Of a stretch of DNA of 64,000 nucleotides, positions 14,580 through 31,100 are shown in pieces. Below the pieces are notes generated by a model. The model did no database searches. It saw only the letters and a list, made by a program, of their open reading frames with translations, and had not been told where the DNA came from. Source of the stretch: Heptranchias perlo (Eukaryota); assembly GCF_035084215.1 (NCBI RefSeq), contig NC_090329.1, forward strand, positions 126,914,001 through 126,978,000, written 5' to 3'. Every line of letters begins with the position of its first letter. The stretch's first letter is position 1. A program made the translations under genes and the position numbers.

Positions 14580-15994
14580 CACAGCTCACACCGCTCACAC
14601 CACACACACAGCTCACACCGCTCACACCGCTCACGCAGCTCACACCACTCACACAGCTCACACAGCTCACACCACTCACACAGCTCACACCACTCACACC
14701 GCTCACACAGCTCACACCACTCACACCACTCACACAGCTCACACCACTCACACCGCTCACACAGCTCACACAGCTCACACCACTCACACAGCTCACACCG
14801 CTCACACAGCTCACACAGCTCACACCACACACACAGCTCACACAGCTCACACAGCTCACACCACTCACACCACTCACACAGCTCACACCACACACACAGC
14901 TCACACCGCTCACACCACTCACACCACTCACACCACTCACACCGCTCACACAGCTCACACCGCTCACACAGCTCACACAGCTCACACAGCTCACACAGCT
15001 CACACAGCTCACACCGCTCACACAGCTCACACCGCTCACACCGCTCACACAGCTCACACCGCTCACACCGCTCACACAGCTCACACCGCTCACACAGCTC
15101 ACACCACTCACACAGCTCACACCACTCAAACAGCACACACCACTCACACAGCTCACACCGCTCACACCGCTCACACAGCTCACACCACTCACACAGCTCA
15201 CACCACTCAAACAGCACACACCACTCACACAGCTCACACCGCTCACACCGCTCACACAGCTCACACAGCTCACACCGCTCACACCGCTCACACCGCTCAC
15301 ACCACTCACACCGCTCACACCGCTCACACAGCTCACACCGCTCACACAGCTCACACAGCTCACACCGCACACACCACTCACACCGCTCACACCGCTCACA
15401 CCACTCACACCGCTCACACAGCTCACACCACTCACACAGCTCACACCGCTCACACCGCTCACACAGCTCACACCGCTCACACAGCTCACACCGCTCACAC
15501 CACTCACACCACTCACACAGCTCACACCACACACACCGCTCACACAGCTCACACCACTCACACCGCTCACACAGCTCACACCGCTCACACCACACACACA
15601 GCTCACACCGCTCACACCGCTCACACCGCTCACACCGCTCACACCGCTCACACAGCACACACCACTCACACAGCTCACACCGCTCACACAGCTCACACAG
15701 CTCACACCACTCACACCGCTCACACAGCTCACACCGCTCACACCACACACACAGCTCACACCGCTCACACCGCTCACACCACTCACACAGCTCACACCAC
15801 TCACACAGCACACACCACACACACTGCTCACACCACTCACACCACTCACACCACTCACACAGCTCACACCGCTCACACCGCTCACACCACTCACACGGCT
15901 CACACCGCTCACACAGCTCACACTGCTCACACCACTCACACCACTCACACAGCTCACACCGCTCACACAGCTCACACCGCTCACACCACACACA

Positions 15995-16170
15995 NNNNNN
16001 NNNNNNNNNNNNNNNNNNNNNNNNNNNNNNNNNNNNNNNNNNNNNNNNNNNNNNNNNNNNNNNNNNNNNNNNNNNNNNNNNNNNNNNNNNNNNNNNNNNN
16101 NNNNNNNNNNNNNNNNNNNNNNNNNNNNNNNNNNNNNNNNNNNNNNNNNNNNNNNNNNNNNNNNNNNNNN
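15995..16170. other. N block (176 bp)
   Basis: Run of n. Confidence 0.99.
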
Positions 16171-19100
16171 CACACCACACACACAGCTCACACCACTCAC
16201 ACAGCTCACACAGCTCACACCGCTCACGCAGCTCACACCACTCACACAGCTCACACAGCTCACACCACTCACACCACTCACACAGCTAACACCGCTCACA
16301 CCACACACACAGCTCACACCACTCACACAGCTCACACAGCTCACACCGCTCACACAGCTCACAGAGCTCACACAGCTCACACAGCTCACACTGCTCACAC
16401 CACTCACACCGCTCACACAGCTCACACCACTCACACCGCTCACACAGCTCACACTGCTCACACCACTCACACCGCTCACACAGCTCACACTGCTCACACC
16501 ACTCACACAGCTCACACAGCTCACACCACTCACACAGCTCACACCACTCACACAGCTCACACCACTCACACAGCTCACACAGCTCACACCACTCACACCA
16601 CACACACAGCTCACACCGCTCACACAGCTCACACCACTCACACCGCTCACACCACTCACACCACACACACCACTCACACCACTCACACAGCTCACACAGC
16701 TCACACCGCTCACACCACACACACAGCTCACACCACTCACACCACACACACCACACACACAGCTCACACAGCTCACACTGCTCACACCGCTCACACAGCT
16801 CACACTGCTCACACCACTCACACCACACACACCACACACACAGCTCACACCGGTCACACCACTCACACCGCTCACACAGCTCACACTGCTCACACCACTC
16901 ACACCACACACACCACACACACAGCTCACACCGCTCACACCGCTCACACCGCTCACACCACACACACCACACACACCACACACACAGCTCACACCACTCA
17001 CACCGCTCACACCACACACACAGCTCACACAGCTCACACCACTCACACCACTCACACAGCTCACACCGCTCACACCACTCACACAGCTCACACAGCTCAC
17101 ACTGCTCACACCACTCACACCACACACACCACACACACAGCTCACACCACTCACACCGCTCACACCACACACACAGCTCACACAGCTCACACTGCTCACA
17201 CCACTCACACCACACACACCACACACACAGCTCACACCGCTCACACCGCTCACACCACTCACACCGCTCACACCGCTCACACCACACACACCACACACAC
17301 CACACACACAGCTCACACCACACACACCACACACACCACACACACAGCTCACACCACTCACACAGCTCACACAGCTCACACCGCTCACACTGCTCACACC
17401 ACTCACACCACTCACACAGCTCACACCGCTCACACAGCTCACACCACACACACCACACACACCGCTCACACCGCTCACACAGCTCACACAGCTCACACTG
17501 CTCACACCACTCACACCACACACACAGCTCACACAGCTCACACAGCTCACACCTCTCACACAGCTCACACCGCTCACACCGCTCACACCACACACACAGC
17601 TCACACCACTCACACAGCTCACACCGCTCACACCACTCACACCGCTCACACCACTCACACAGCTCACACCGCTCACACAGCTCACACTGCTCACACCACT
17701 CACACCACTCACACAGCTCACACCGCTCACACAGCTCACACCACTCACACCACTCACACAGCTCACACCACTCACACCACTCACACCACTCACACAGCTC
17801 ACACCGCTCACACAGCTCACACCGCTCACACCGCTCACACCGCTCACACCACACACACAGCTCACACCACTCACACCGCTCACACCACTCACACCACTCA
17901 CACCACTCACACAGCTCACACCGCTCACACCGCTCACACCACACACACAGCTCACACCACTCACACGGCTCACACCGCTCACACAGCTCACACTGCTCAC
18001 ACCACTCACACCACTCACACAGCTCACACCGCTCACACAGCTCACACCACTCACACAGCTCACACCACTCACACCACTCACACAGCTCACACCACTCACA
18101 CCACTCACACAGCTCACACCACTCACACCACTCACACCACTCACACAGCTCACACCACTCACACAGCTCACACCACTCACACCACTCACACAGCTCACAC
18201 CGCTCACACCGCTCACACCACACACACAGCTCACACCACTCATACCACACACACCACTCACACAGCTCACACAGCTCACACCGCTCACGCAGCTCACACC
18301 GCTCACGCAGCTCACACCACTCACACAGCTCACACAGCTCACACCGCTCACACAGCTCACAGAGCTCACACAGCTCACACAGCTCACACAGCTCACACAG
18401 CTCACACCACTCACACCGCTCACACCACTCACACCGCTCACACAGCTCACACTGCTCACACCACTCACACCGCTCACACAGCTCACACTGCTCACACCAC
18501 TCACACAGCTCACACAGCTCACACAGCTCACACAGCTCACACCACTCACACCGCTCACACCACTCACACCGCTCACACAGCTCACACTGCTCACACCACT
18601 CACACCGCTCACACAGCTCACACTGCTCACACCACTCACACCGCTCACACAGCTCACACTGCTCACACCACTCACACAGCTCACACAGCTCACACCGCTC
18701 ACACAGCTCACACCACTCACACCACTCACACAGCTCACACCACTCACACAGCTCACACAGCTCACACCACTCACACCACTCACACCACTCACACAGCTCA
18801 CACCACTCACACAGCTCACACAGCTCACACCACTCACACCACACACACAGCTCACACCACTCACACCGCTCACACAGCTCACACCACTCACACAGCTCAC
18901 ACAGCTCACACCACTCACACAGCTCACACAGCTCACACCACTCACACCACACACACCACACACACAGCTCACACAGCTCACACCGCTCACACCACACACA
19001 CAGCTCACACCACTCACACCACACACACAGCTCACACCACACACAGCTCACACAGCTCACACTGCTCACACCGCTCACACAGCTCACACTGCTCACACCA

Positions 19101-22100
19101 CTCACACCACACACACCACACACACAGCTCACACCGGTCACACCACTCACACCGCTCACACAGCTCACACTGCTCACACCACACACACCACACACACAGC
19201 TCACACCGCTCACACCGCTCACACCACACACACCACACACACCACACACACCACACACACAGCTCACACCACTCACACCGCTCACACCACACACACAGCT
19301 CACACAGCTCACACCACTCACACAGCTCACACCGCTCACACAGCTCACACCACTCACACCACTCACACAGCACACACCGCACACACCGCTCACACCGCTC
19401 ACACCACTCACACAGCTCACACAGCTCACACTGCTCACACCACTCACACCACACACACCACACACACAGCTCACACCACTCACACCGCTCACACCACACA
19501 CACAGCTCACACAGCTCACACTGCTCACACCACTCACACCACACACACCACACACACAGCTCACACCACACACATTGCTCACACCGCTCACACCACTCAC
19601 ACCGCTCACACCACACACACCACACACACCACACACACAGCTCACACCACACACACCACACACACCACACACACAGCTCACACCACTCACACAGCTCACA
19701 CCACTCACACCGCTCACACAGCTCACACAGCTCACACCACTCACACCACACACACCACACACACCGCTCACACAGCTCACACAGCTCACACCACACACAC
19801 AGCTCACACAGCTCACACCGCTCACACCACTCACACAGCTCACACAGCTCACACCACTCACACAGCTCACACCACTCACACCGCTCACACAGCTCACACC
19901 ACTCACACCACTCACACAGCTCACACCACTCACACCGCTCACACCGCTCACGCAGCTCACACCACTCACACAGCTCACACAGCTCACACCACTCACACAG
20001 CTCACACCACTCACACCGCTCACACAGCTCACACCACTCACACCGCTCACACAGCTCACACAGCTCACACCACTCACACCGCTCACACCACTCACACCAC
20101 TCACACAGCTCACACCACTCACACCACTCACACAGCTCACACCACTCACACCGCTCACACCACTCACACAGCTCACACAGCTCACACAGCTCACACCACT
20201 CACACAGCTCACACCACTCACACCGCTCACACCACTCACACAGCTCACACCACTCACACCGCTCACACCACTCACACAGCTCACACCACTCACACAGCTC
20301 ACACCACTCACACCACTCACACAGCTCACACACAGCTCACACCACACACACAGCTCACACCACTCACACCACTCACACAGCTCACACAGCTCACACAGCT
20401 CACACAGCTCACACCACACACACAGCTCACACCGCTCACACAGCTCACACCACTCACACCACTCACACAGCTCACACCACACACACAGCTCACACAGCTC
20501 ACACAGCTCACACCACACACACAGCTCACACAGCTCACACAGCTCACACCACTCACACCACTCACACAGCACACACCGCTCACACCACTCACACAGCTCA
20601 CACCACTCACACAGCTCACACAGCTCACACAGCTCACACAGCTCACACCGCTCACACCGCTCACACCGCTCACACCGCTCACACCACTCACACCGCTCAC
20701 ACCGCTCACACAGCTCACACCACTCACACCGCTCACACAGCTCACACCACTCACACAGCTCACACCGCTCACACAGCTCACACCACACACACAGCTCACA
20801 CCGCTCACACCACTCACACCGCTCACACCGCTCACACCGCTCACACCACTCACACAGCTCACACCACTCACACCGCTCACACCACTCACACCGCTCACAC
20901 CACTCACACCACTCACACCGCTCACACCACTCACACAGCTCACACAGCTCACACAGCTCACACCACTCACACAGCTCACACCGCTCACACAGCTCACACC
21001 ACTCACACAGCTCACACAGCTCACACAGCTCACACCACTCACACAGCTCACACAGCTCACACCACTCACACCGCTCACACCACTCACACCGCTCACACCG
21101 CTCACACAGCTCACACCACTCACACCGCTCACACAGCTCACACCACTCACACAGCTCACACCGCTCACACAGCTCACACCACACACACAGCACACACCGC
21201 ACACACCACTCACACCGCTCACACCGCTCACACCACTCACACCGCTCACACCGCTCACACCACTCACACAGCTCACACAGCTCACACAGCTCACACCACT
21301 CACACAGCTCACACAGCTCACACCGCTCACACAGCTCACACAGCTCACACAGCTCACACCACTCACACAGCTCACACAGCTCACACCACTCACACAGCTC
21401 ACACCACTCACATAGCTCACACCACTCACACCACACACACAGCTCACACCACACACACAGCTCACACCGCTCACACCGCTCACACCACTCACACCACTCA
21501 CACAGCTCACACCACTCACACAGCACACACCACTCACACCACACACACAGCTCACACCACACACACAGCTCACACCGCTCACACCGCTCACACCACTCAC
21601 ACCACTCACACAGCTCACACCGCTCACACAGCTCACACAGCACACACCACACACACTGCTCACACCACTCACACAGCTCACACCGCTCACACCACACACA
21701 CAGCTCACACCGCTCACACCGCTCACACCACTCACACAGCTCACACCACTCACACAGCACACACCACACACACTGCTCACACCACTCACACAGCTCACAC
21801 CGCTCACACCACTCACACAGCTCACACCACTCACACAGCACACACCACTCACACAGCACACACCACACACACTGCTCACACCACTCACACAGCTCACACC
21901 GCTCACACCACTCACACTGCTCACACCACTCACACAGCTCACACCGCTCACACCACTCACACCGCTCACACCACACACACAGCTCACACCGCTCACACCG
22001 CTCACACCACTCACACAGCTCACACCGCTCACACCACTCACACCACACACACAGCTCACACAGCTCACACCGCTCACACAGCTCACACCGCTCACACCGC

Positions 22101-25100
22101 TCACACAGCTCACACCGCTCACACCACACACACAGCTCACACAGCTCACACCGCTCACACCACTCACACCACTCACACAGCACACACCGCTCACACCACT
22201 CACACCACACACACAGCTCACACTGCTCACACAGCTCACACAGCTCACACCGCTCACACAGCTCACACAGCTCACACCGCTCACACCACTCACACAGCTC
22301 ACACAGCTCACACCGCTCACACCACACACACAGCTCACACCACTCACACCACACACACCACACACACAGCTCACACTGCTCACACAGCTCACACCGCTCA
22401 CACAGCTCACACTGCTCACACAGCTCACACCGCACACACCACACACACAGCTCACACAGCTCACACCACACACACAGCTCACACAGCTCACACCACTCAC
22501 ACCACACACACAGCTCACACAGCTCACACCGCTCACACAGCTCACACCACTCACACAGCTCACACAGCTCACACCACTCACACCACTCACACAGCTCACA
22601 CCGCTCACACAGCTCACACCACACACACAGCTCACACAGCTCACACCGCTCACACAGCTCACACAGCTCACACCACTCACACAGCTCACACCACTCACAC
22701 AGCTCACACCGCTCACACCACACACACCACTCACACAGCTCACACCACTCACACCGCTCACACCACTCACACAGCTCACACAGCTCACACCACTCACACC
22801 ACTCACACAGCTCAGACCGCTCACACCGCTCACACAGCTCACACACAGCCCACACCACACACACAGCTCACACCGCTCACACCGCTCACACAGCTCACAC
22901 ACAGCTCACACCACACACACCACTCACACCACTCACACCGCTCACACAGCTCACACCGCTCACACCGCTCACACAGCTCACACACAGCCCACACCACTCA
23001 CACCACACACACAGCCCACACCACACACACAGCTCACACCGCTCACACCACTCACACAGCTCACACTACTCACACTGCTCACACTGCTCACACTGCTCAA
23101 ACTGCTCACACCACACACACCACTCACACAGCTCACACTGCTCACACCGCTCACACAGCTCACACAGCTCACACAGCTCACACTACTCACACTGCTCACA
23201 CCACACACACAGCTCACACCGCACACACCACTCACACAGCTCACACTACTCACACTGCTCACACCGCTCACACAGCTCACACAGCTCACACTACTCACAC
23301 TGCTCACACTACTCACACTGCTCCCACTGCTCACACCACACACACAGCTCACACCGCACACACCACTCACACAGCTCACACTACTCACACTGCTCACACC
23401 GCTCACACAGCTCACACAGCTCACACTGCTCACACTGCTCAAACTGCTCACACAGCTCACACCACACACACAGCTCACACCACTCACACCACTCACACCA
23501 CTCACACAGCTCACACAGCTCACACCACACACACAGCTCACACACAGCTCACACCACACACACAGCTCACACAGCTCACACCGCTCACACCGCTCACACC
23601 ACTCACACCACACACACAGCTCACACAGCTCACACAGCTCACACCACACACACAGCTCTCACAGCTCACACCGCTCACACCACACACACCGCTCACACCG
23701 CTCACACTGCTCACACAGCTCACACCGCTCACACCACTCACACCGCTCACACAGCTCACACCACTCACACCACACACACAGCTCACACCACACACACCAC
23801 TCACACCGCTCACACCACACACACAGCTCACACCACACACACAGCTCACACAGCTCACACCACTCACACAGCTCACACAGCTCACACCACTCACACAGCT
23901 CACACACAGCTCACACCGCTCACACAGCTCACACCACTCACACCACACACACAGCTCACACCACACACACAGCTCACACAGCTCACACCGCTCACACCGC
24001 TCACACCACACACACAGCTCACACCACTCACACCACACACACAGCTCACACAGCTCACACCACTCACACAGCTCACACAGCTCACACCACTCACACAGCT
24101 CACACCACTCACACCACACACACAGCTCACACCACACACACAGCTCACACCACTCACACCACACACACAGCTCACACCACACACACAGCTCACACCACTC
24201 ACACACCTCACACAGCTCACACAGCTCACACCGCTCACACAGCTCACACAGCTCACACAGCTCACACCACTCACACAGCTCACACCACTCACACAGCTCA
24301 CACCACTCACACCGCTCACACAGCTCACACCGCTCACACAGCTCACACAGCTCACACCACTCACACAGCTCACACACAGCTCACACCGCTCACACCACTC
24401 ACACAGCTCACACCACTCACACAGCTCACACCACTCACACAGCTCACACCACTCACACAGCTCACACCACTCACACCACACACACAGCTCACACAGCTCA
24501 CACCGCTCACACAGCTCACACCACTCACACAGCTCACACAGCTCACACCACTCACACCACACACACAGCTCACACCACTCACACAGCTCACACAGCTCAC
24601 ACCACTCACACAGCTCACACAGCTCACACCGCTCACACAGCTCACACAGCTCACACCACTCACACAGCTCACACACAGCTCACACTGCTCACACAGCTCA
24701 CACCGCTCACACCACTCACACAGCTCACACCACTCACACAGCTCACACCACTCACACAGCTCACACAGCTCACACCACTCACACCACACACAGAGCTCAC
24801 ACAGCTCACACCACTCACACAGCTCACACAGCTCACACCGCTCACACCACTCACACAGCTCACACCACTCACACAGCTCACACCACTCACACAGCTCACA
24901 CAGCTCACACCACTCACACCACACACACAGCTCACACAGCTCACACCACTCACACAGCTCACACAGCTCACACAGCTCACACCACTCACACAGCTCACAC
25001 AGCTCACACCGCTCACACCACTCACACAGCTCACACCACTCACACAGCTCACACCACTCACACAGCTCACACAGCTCACACCACTCACACCACTCACACA

Positions 25101-28100
25101 GCTCACACCACTCACACAGCACACACCACTCACACAGCTCACACAGCTCACACAGCTCACACCACTCACACAGCTCACACACAGCTCACACTGCTCACAC
25201 AGCTCACACCGCTCACACCACTCACACAGCTCACACCACTCACACAGCTCACACCGCTCACACAGCTCACACCACTCACACAGCTCACACCGCTCACACA
25301 GCTCACACCACTCACACCACTCACACAGCTCACACCACTCACACCACTCACACAGCTCACACCGCTCACACAGCTCACACCACTCACACCACTCACACAG
25401 CTCACACCACTCACACCACTCACACAGCTCACACAGCTCACACAGCTCACACCACTCACACCACACACACAGCTCACACCGCTCACACAGCTCACACCAC
25501 TCACACCGCTCACACCACACACACAGCTCACACAGCTCACACCGCTCACACAGCTCACACAGCTCACACCACTCACACCACACACACCACTCACACAGCA
25601 CACACCACTCACACAGCTCACACCACTCACACAGCTCACACAGCTCACACAGCTCACACCACTCACACAGCTCACACAGCTCACACCACTCACACAGCAC
25701 ACACCACTCACACAGCTCACACCACTCACACAGCTCACACCACTCACACCACTCACACAGCTCACACAGCTCACACAGCTCACACCACACACACAGCTCA
25801 CACAGCTCACACCACTCACACAGCTCACACCATTCACACCACACACACAGCTCACACAGCTCACACCGCTCACACAGCTCACACTGCTCACACCACTCAC
25901 ACCACTCACACAGCTCACACCGCTCACACAGCTCACACCACACACACAGCTCACACAGCTCACACAGCTCACACCACTCACACCACACACACAGCTCACA
26001 CAGCTCACACCACTCACACAGCTCACACAGCTCACACCGCTCACACAGCTCACACTGCTCACACCACTCACACCACTCACACAGCTCACACCGCTCACAC
26101 AGCTCACACCACACACACAGCTCACACAGCTCACACCACTCACACAGCTCACACCACTCACACAGCTCACACCATTCACACAGCTCACACCGCTCACACA
26201 GCTCACACAGCTCACACCACTCACACCACTCACACCACTCACACAGCTCACACCACACACACAGCTCACACAGCTCACACAGCTCACACCACACACACAG
26301 CTCACACAGCTCACACCGCTCACACAGCTGACACACAGCTCACACCACTCACACAGCTCACACCGCTCACACAGCTCACACACAGCCCACACCACACACA
26401 CAGCTCACACCGCTCACACAGCTCACACAGCTCACACACAGCTCACACCGCTCACACCACTCACACAGCTCACACTACTCACACTACTCACACTGCTCAC
26501 ACCACACACACCACTCACACAGCTCACACTGCTCACACCGCTCACACAGCTCACACAGCTCACACAGCTCACACTACTCACACTGCTCACACCACACACA
26601 CAGCTCACACCGCACACACCACTCACACAGCTCACACTACTCACACTGCTCACACCGCTCACACAGCTCACACAGCTCACACTACTCACACTGCTCACAC
26701 TACTCACACTGCTCCCACTGCTCACACCACACACACAGCTCACACCGCACACACCACTCACACAGCTCACACTACTCACACTGCTCACACCGCTCACACA
26801 GCTCACACAGCTCACACTGCTCACACTGCTCAAACTGCTCACACAGCTCACACCACACACACAGCTCACACCACTCACACCACTCACACCACTCACACAG
26901 CTCACACAGCTCACACCACACACACAGCTCACACACAGCTCACACCACACACACAGCTCACACAGCTCACACCACACACACAGCTCACACAGCTCACACC
27001 GCTCACACCGCTCACACCACTCACACCACACACACAGCTCACACAGCTCACACAGCTCACACCACACACACAGCTCACACAGCTCACACCGCTCACACCA
27101 CACACACCGCTCACACCGCTCACACTGCTCACACAGCTCACACCGCTCACACCACTCACACCGCTCACACAGCTCACACCACTCACACCACACACACAGC
27201 TCACACCACACACACAGCTCACACAGCTCACACCGCTCACACCACACACACAGCTCACACCACACACACAGCTCACACAGCTCACACCACTCACACAGCT
27301 CACACAGCTCACACCACTCACACAGCTCACACACAGCTCACACCGCTCACACAGCTCACACCACTCACACCACACACACAGCTCACACCACACACACAGC
27401 TCACACAGCTCACACCGCTCACACCGCTCACACCACACACACAGCTCACACCACTCACACCACACACACAGCTCACACAGCTCACACCACTCACACAGCT
27501 CACACAGCTCACACCACTCACACAGCTCACACACAGCTCACACCACACACACAGCTCACACCACTCACACCACACACACAGCTCACACAGCTCACACCAC
27601 TCACACAGCTCACACAGCTCACACCACTCACACAGCTCACACACAGCTCACACCACACACACAGCTCACACCACTCACACCACACACACAGCTCACACCA
27701 CTCACACCGCTCACACAGCTCACACCGCTCACACAGCTCACACAGCTCACACCACTCACACAGCTCACACACAGCTCACACTGCTCACACAGCTCACACC
27801 GCTCACACCACTCACACAGCTCACACCACTCACACAGCTCACACCACTCACACAGCTCACACAGCTCACACCACTCACACCACACACACAGCTCACACAG
27901 CTCACACAGCTCACACCGCTCACACAGCTCACACCACTCACACAGCTCACACCGCTCACACCACTCACACAGCTCACACAGCTCACACCACTCACACAGC
28001 TCACACAGCTCACACAGCTCACACCACTCACACACAGCTCACACAGCTCACACCGCTCACACCACTCACACAGCTCACACCACTCACACAGCTCACACCA

Positions 28101-31100
28101 CACACACAGCTCACACAGCTCACACCACTCACACAGCTCACACAGCTCACACCGCTCACACCACTCACACAGCTCACACCACTCACACCACTCACACAGC
28201 TCACACACAGCTCACACCACTCACACAGCTCACACAGCTCACACCACTCACACAGCTCACACACAGCTCACACCGCTCACACCACTCACACTGCTCACAC
28301 TGCTCACACCACACACACAGCTCACACCGCACACACCACTCACACAGCTCACACTACTCACACTGCTCACACCGCTCACACTACTCACACTGCTCAAACT
28401 GCTCACACAGCTCACACCACACACACAGCTCACACCACTCACACAGCTCACACTACTCACACTGCTCACACCACACACACAGCTCACACCGCTCACACAG
28501 CTCACACCGCTCACACCACACACACCACTCACACCGCTCACACAGCTCACACCGCTCACACCACACACACAGCTCACACCGCTCACACCACTCACACAGC
28601 TCACACCGCTCACACAGCTCACACCGCTCACACAGCTCACACAGCTCACACAGCTCACACCACTCACACAGCTCACACACAGCTCACACTGCTCACACAG
28701 CTCACACCGCTCACACCACTCACACAGCTCACACCACTCACACAGCTCACACCACTCACACAGCTCACACAGCTCACACCACTCACACCACACACACAGC
28801 TCACACAGCTCACACAGCTCACACCGCTCACACAGCTCACACCACTCACACAGCTCACACACAGCTCACACTGCTCACACCGCTCACACCACTCACACAG
28901 CTCACACAGCTCACACCACTCACACAGCTCACACAGCTCACACAGCTCACACAGCTCACACCACTCACACACAGCTCACACAGCTCACACCGCTCACACC
29001 ACTCACACAGCTCACACCACTCACACAGCTCACACCACTCACACAGCTCACACCGCTCACACCACTCACACAGCTCACACCACTCACACCACTCACACAG
29101 CTCACACACAGCTCACACCGCTCACACCACTCACACTGCTCACACAGCTCACACCACTCACACAGCTCACACAGCTCACACCACTCACACAGCTCACACA
29201 CAGCTCACACCGCTCACACCACTCACACTGCTCACACTGCTCACACCACACACACAGCTCACACCGCACACACCACTCACACAGCTCACACTACTCACAC
29301 TGCTCACACCGCTCACACTACTCACACTGCTCAAACTGCTCACACAGCTCACACCACACACACAGCTCACACCACTCACACCACTCACACAGCTCACACT
29401 ACTCACACTGCTCACACCACACACACAGCTCACACCACTCACACTGCTCACACTGCTCACACCACACACACAGCTCACACCGCACACACCACTCACACAG
29501 CTCACACTACTCACACTGCTCACACCGCTCACACTACTCACACTGCTCAAACTGCTCACACAGCTCACACCACACACACAGCTCACACCACTCACACCAC
29601 TCACACAGCTCACACTACTCACACCGCTCACACCACACACACCACTCACACCGCTCACACAGCTCACACCGCTCACACCACACACACAGCTCACACCGCT
29701 CACACCACTCACACAGCTCACACCGCTCACACAGCTCACACCACACACACAGCTCACACCACTCACACCACACACACCACTCACACAGCTCACACAGCTC
29801 ACACCACTCACACAGCTCACACCACTCACACAGCTCACACCGCTCACACCACTCACACAGCTCACACCGCTCACACCGCTCACACCACACACACCGCTCA
29901 CACCGCTCACACCACACACACAGCTCACACAGCTCACACCGCTCACACCGCTCACACCGCTCACACCGCTCACACCACACACACAGCTCACACAGCTCAC
30001 ACAGCTCACACCGCTCACACCGCTCACACCACACACACAGCTCACACAGCTCACACCGCTCACACCACACACACAGCTCACACCGCACACACCGCTCACA
30101 CCGCTCACACCGCTCACACAGCTCACACAGCTCACACAACTCACACAGCTCACACCACACACACCGCTCACACCGCTCACACAGCTCACACCACACACAC
30201 CACACACACAGCTCACACAGCTCACACCGCTCACACCACACACACCGCTCACACCGCTCACACAGCTCACACCACACACACCACACACACAGCTCACACA
30301 GCTCACACCACTCACACCGCTCACACCACACACACAGCTCACACCACACACACAGCTCACACCACTCACACCGCTCACACCACACACACAGCTCACACCA
30401 CACACACCACACACACAGCTCACACAGCTCACACCACTCACACCGCTCACACCACACACACAGCTCACACCACACACACAGCTCACACCACTCACACCAC
30501 TCACACCACACACACACAGCTCACACCACTCACACAGCTCACACCACACACACAGCTCACACCACTCACACCACACACACACAGCTCACACCACACACAC
30601 AGCTCACACCACTCACACCGCTCACACCACTCACACCGCTCACACCACACACACAGCTCACACCACACACACCACTCACACCACACACACAGCTCACACC
30701 ACTCACACCACTCACACCACACACACACAGCTCACACCGCTCACACAGCTCACACAGCTCACACAGCTCACACAGCTCACACCGCTCACACAGCTCACAC
30801 CACTCACACCGCTCACACAGCTCACACAGCTCACACCGCTCACACTGCTCACACCGCTCACACCGCTCACACCACTCACACCGCACACACCACACACACA
30901 GCTCACACCGCTCACACTGCTCACACCGCTCACACAGCTCACACCACTCACACAGCTCACACCACACACACCGCTCACACAGCTCACACCACACACACCG
31001 CTCACACAGCTCACACCACTCACACAGCTCACACCACACACACAGCTCACACCGCTCACACAGCTCACACCACACACACAGCTCACACCGCTCACACACA

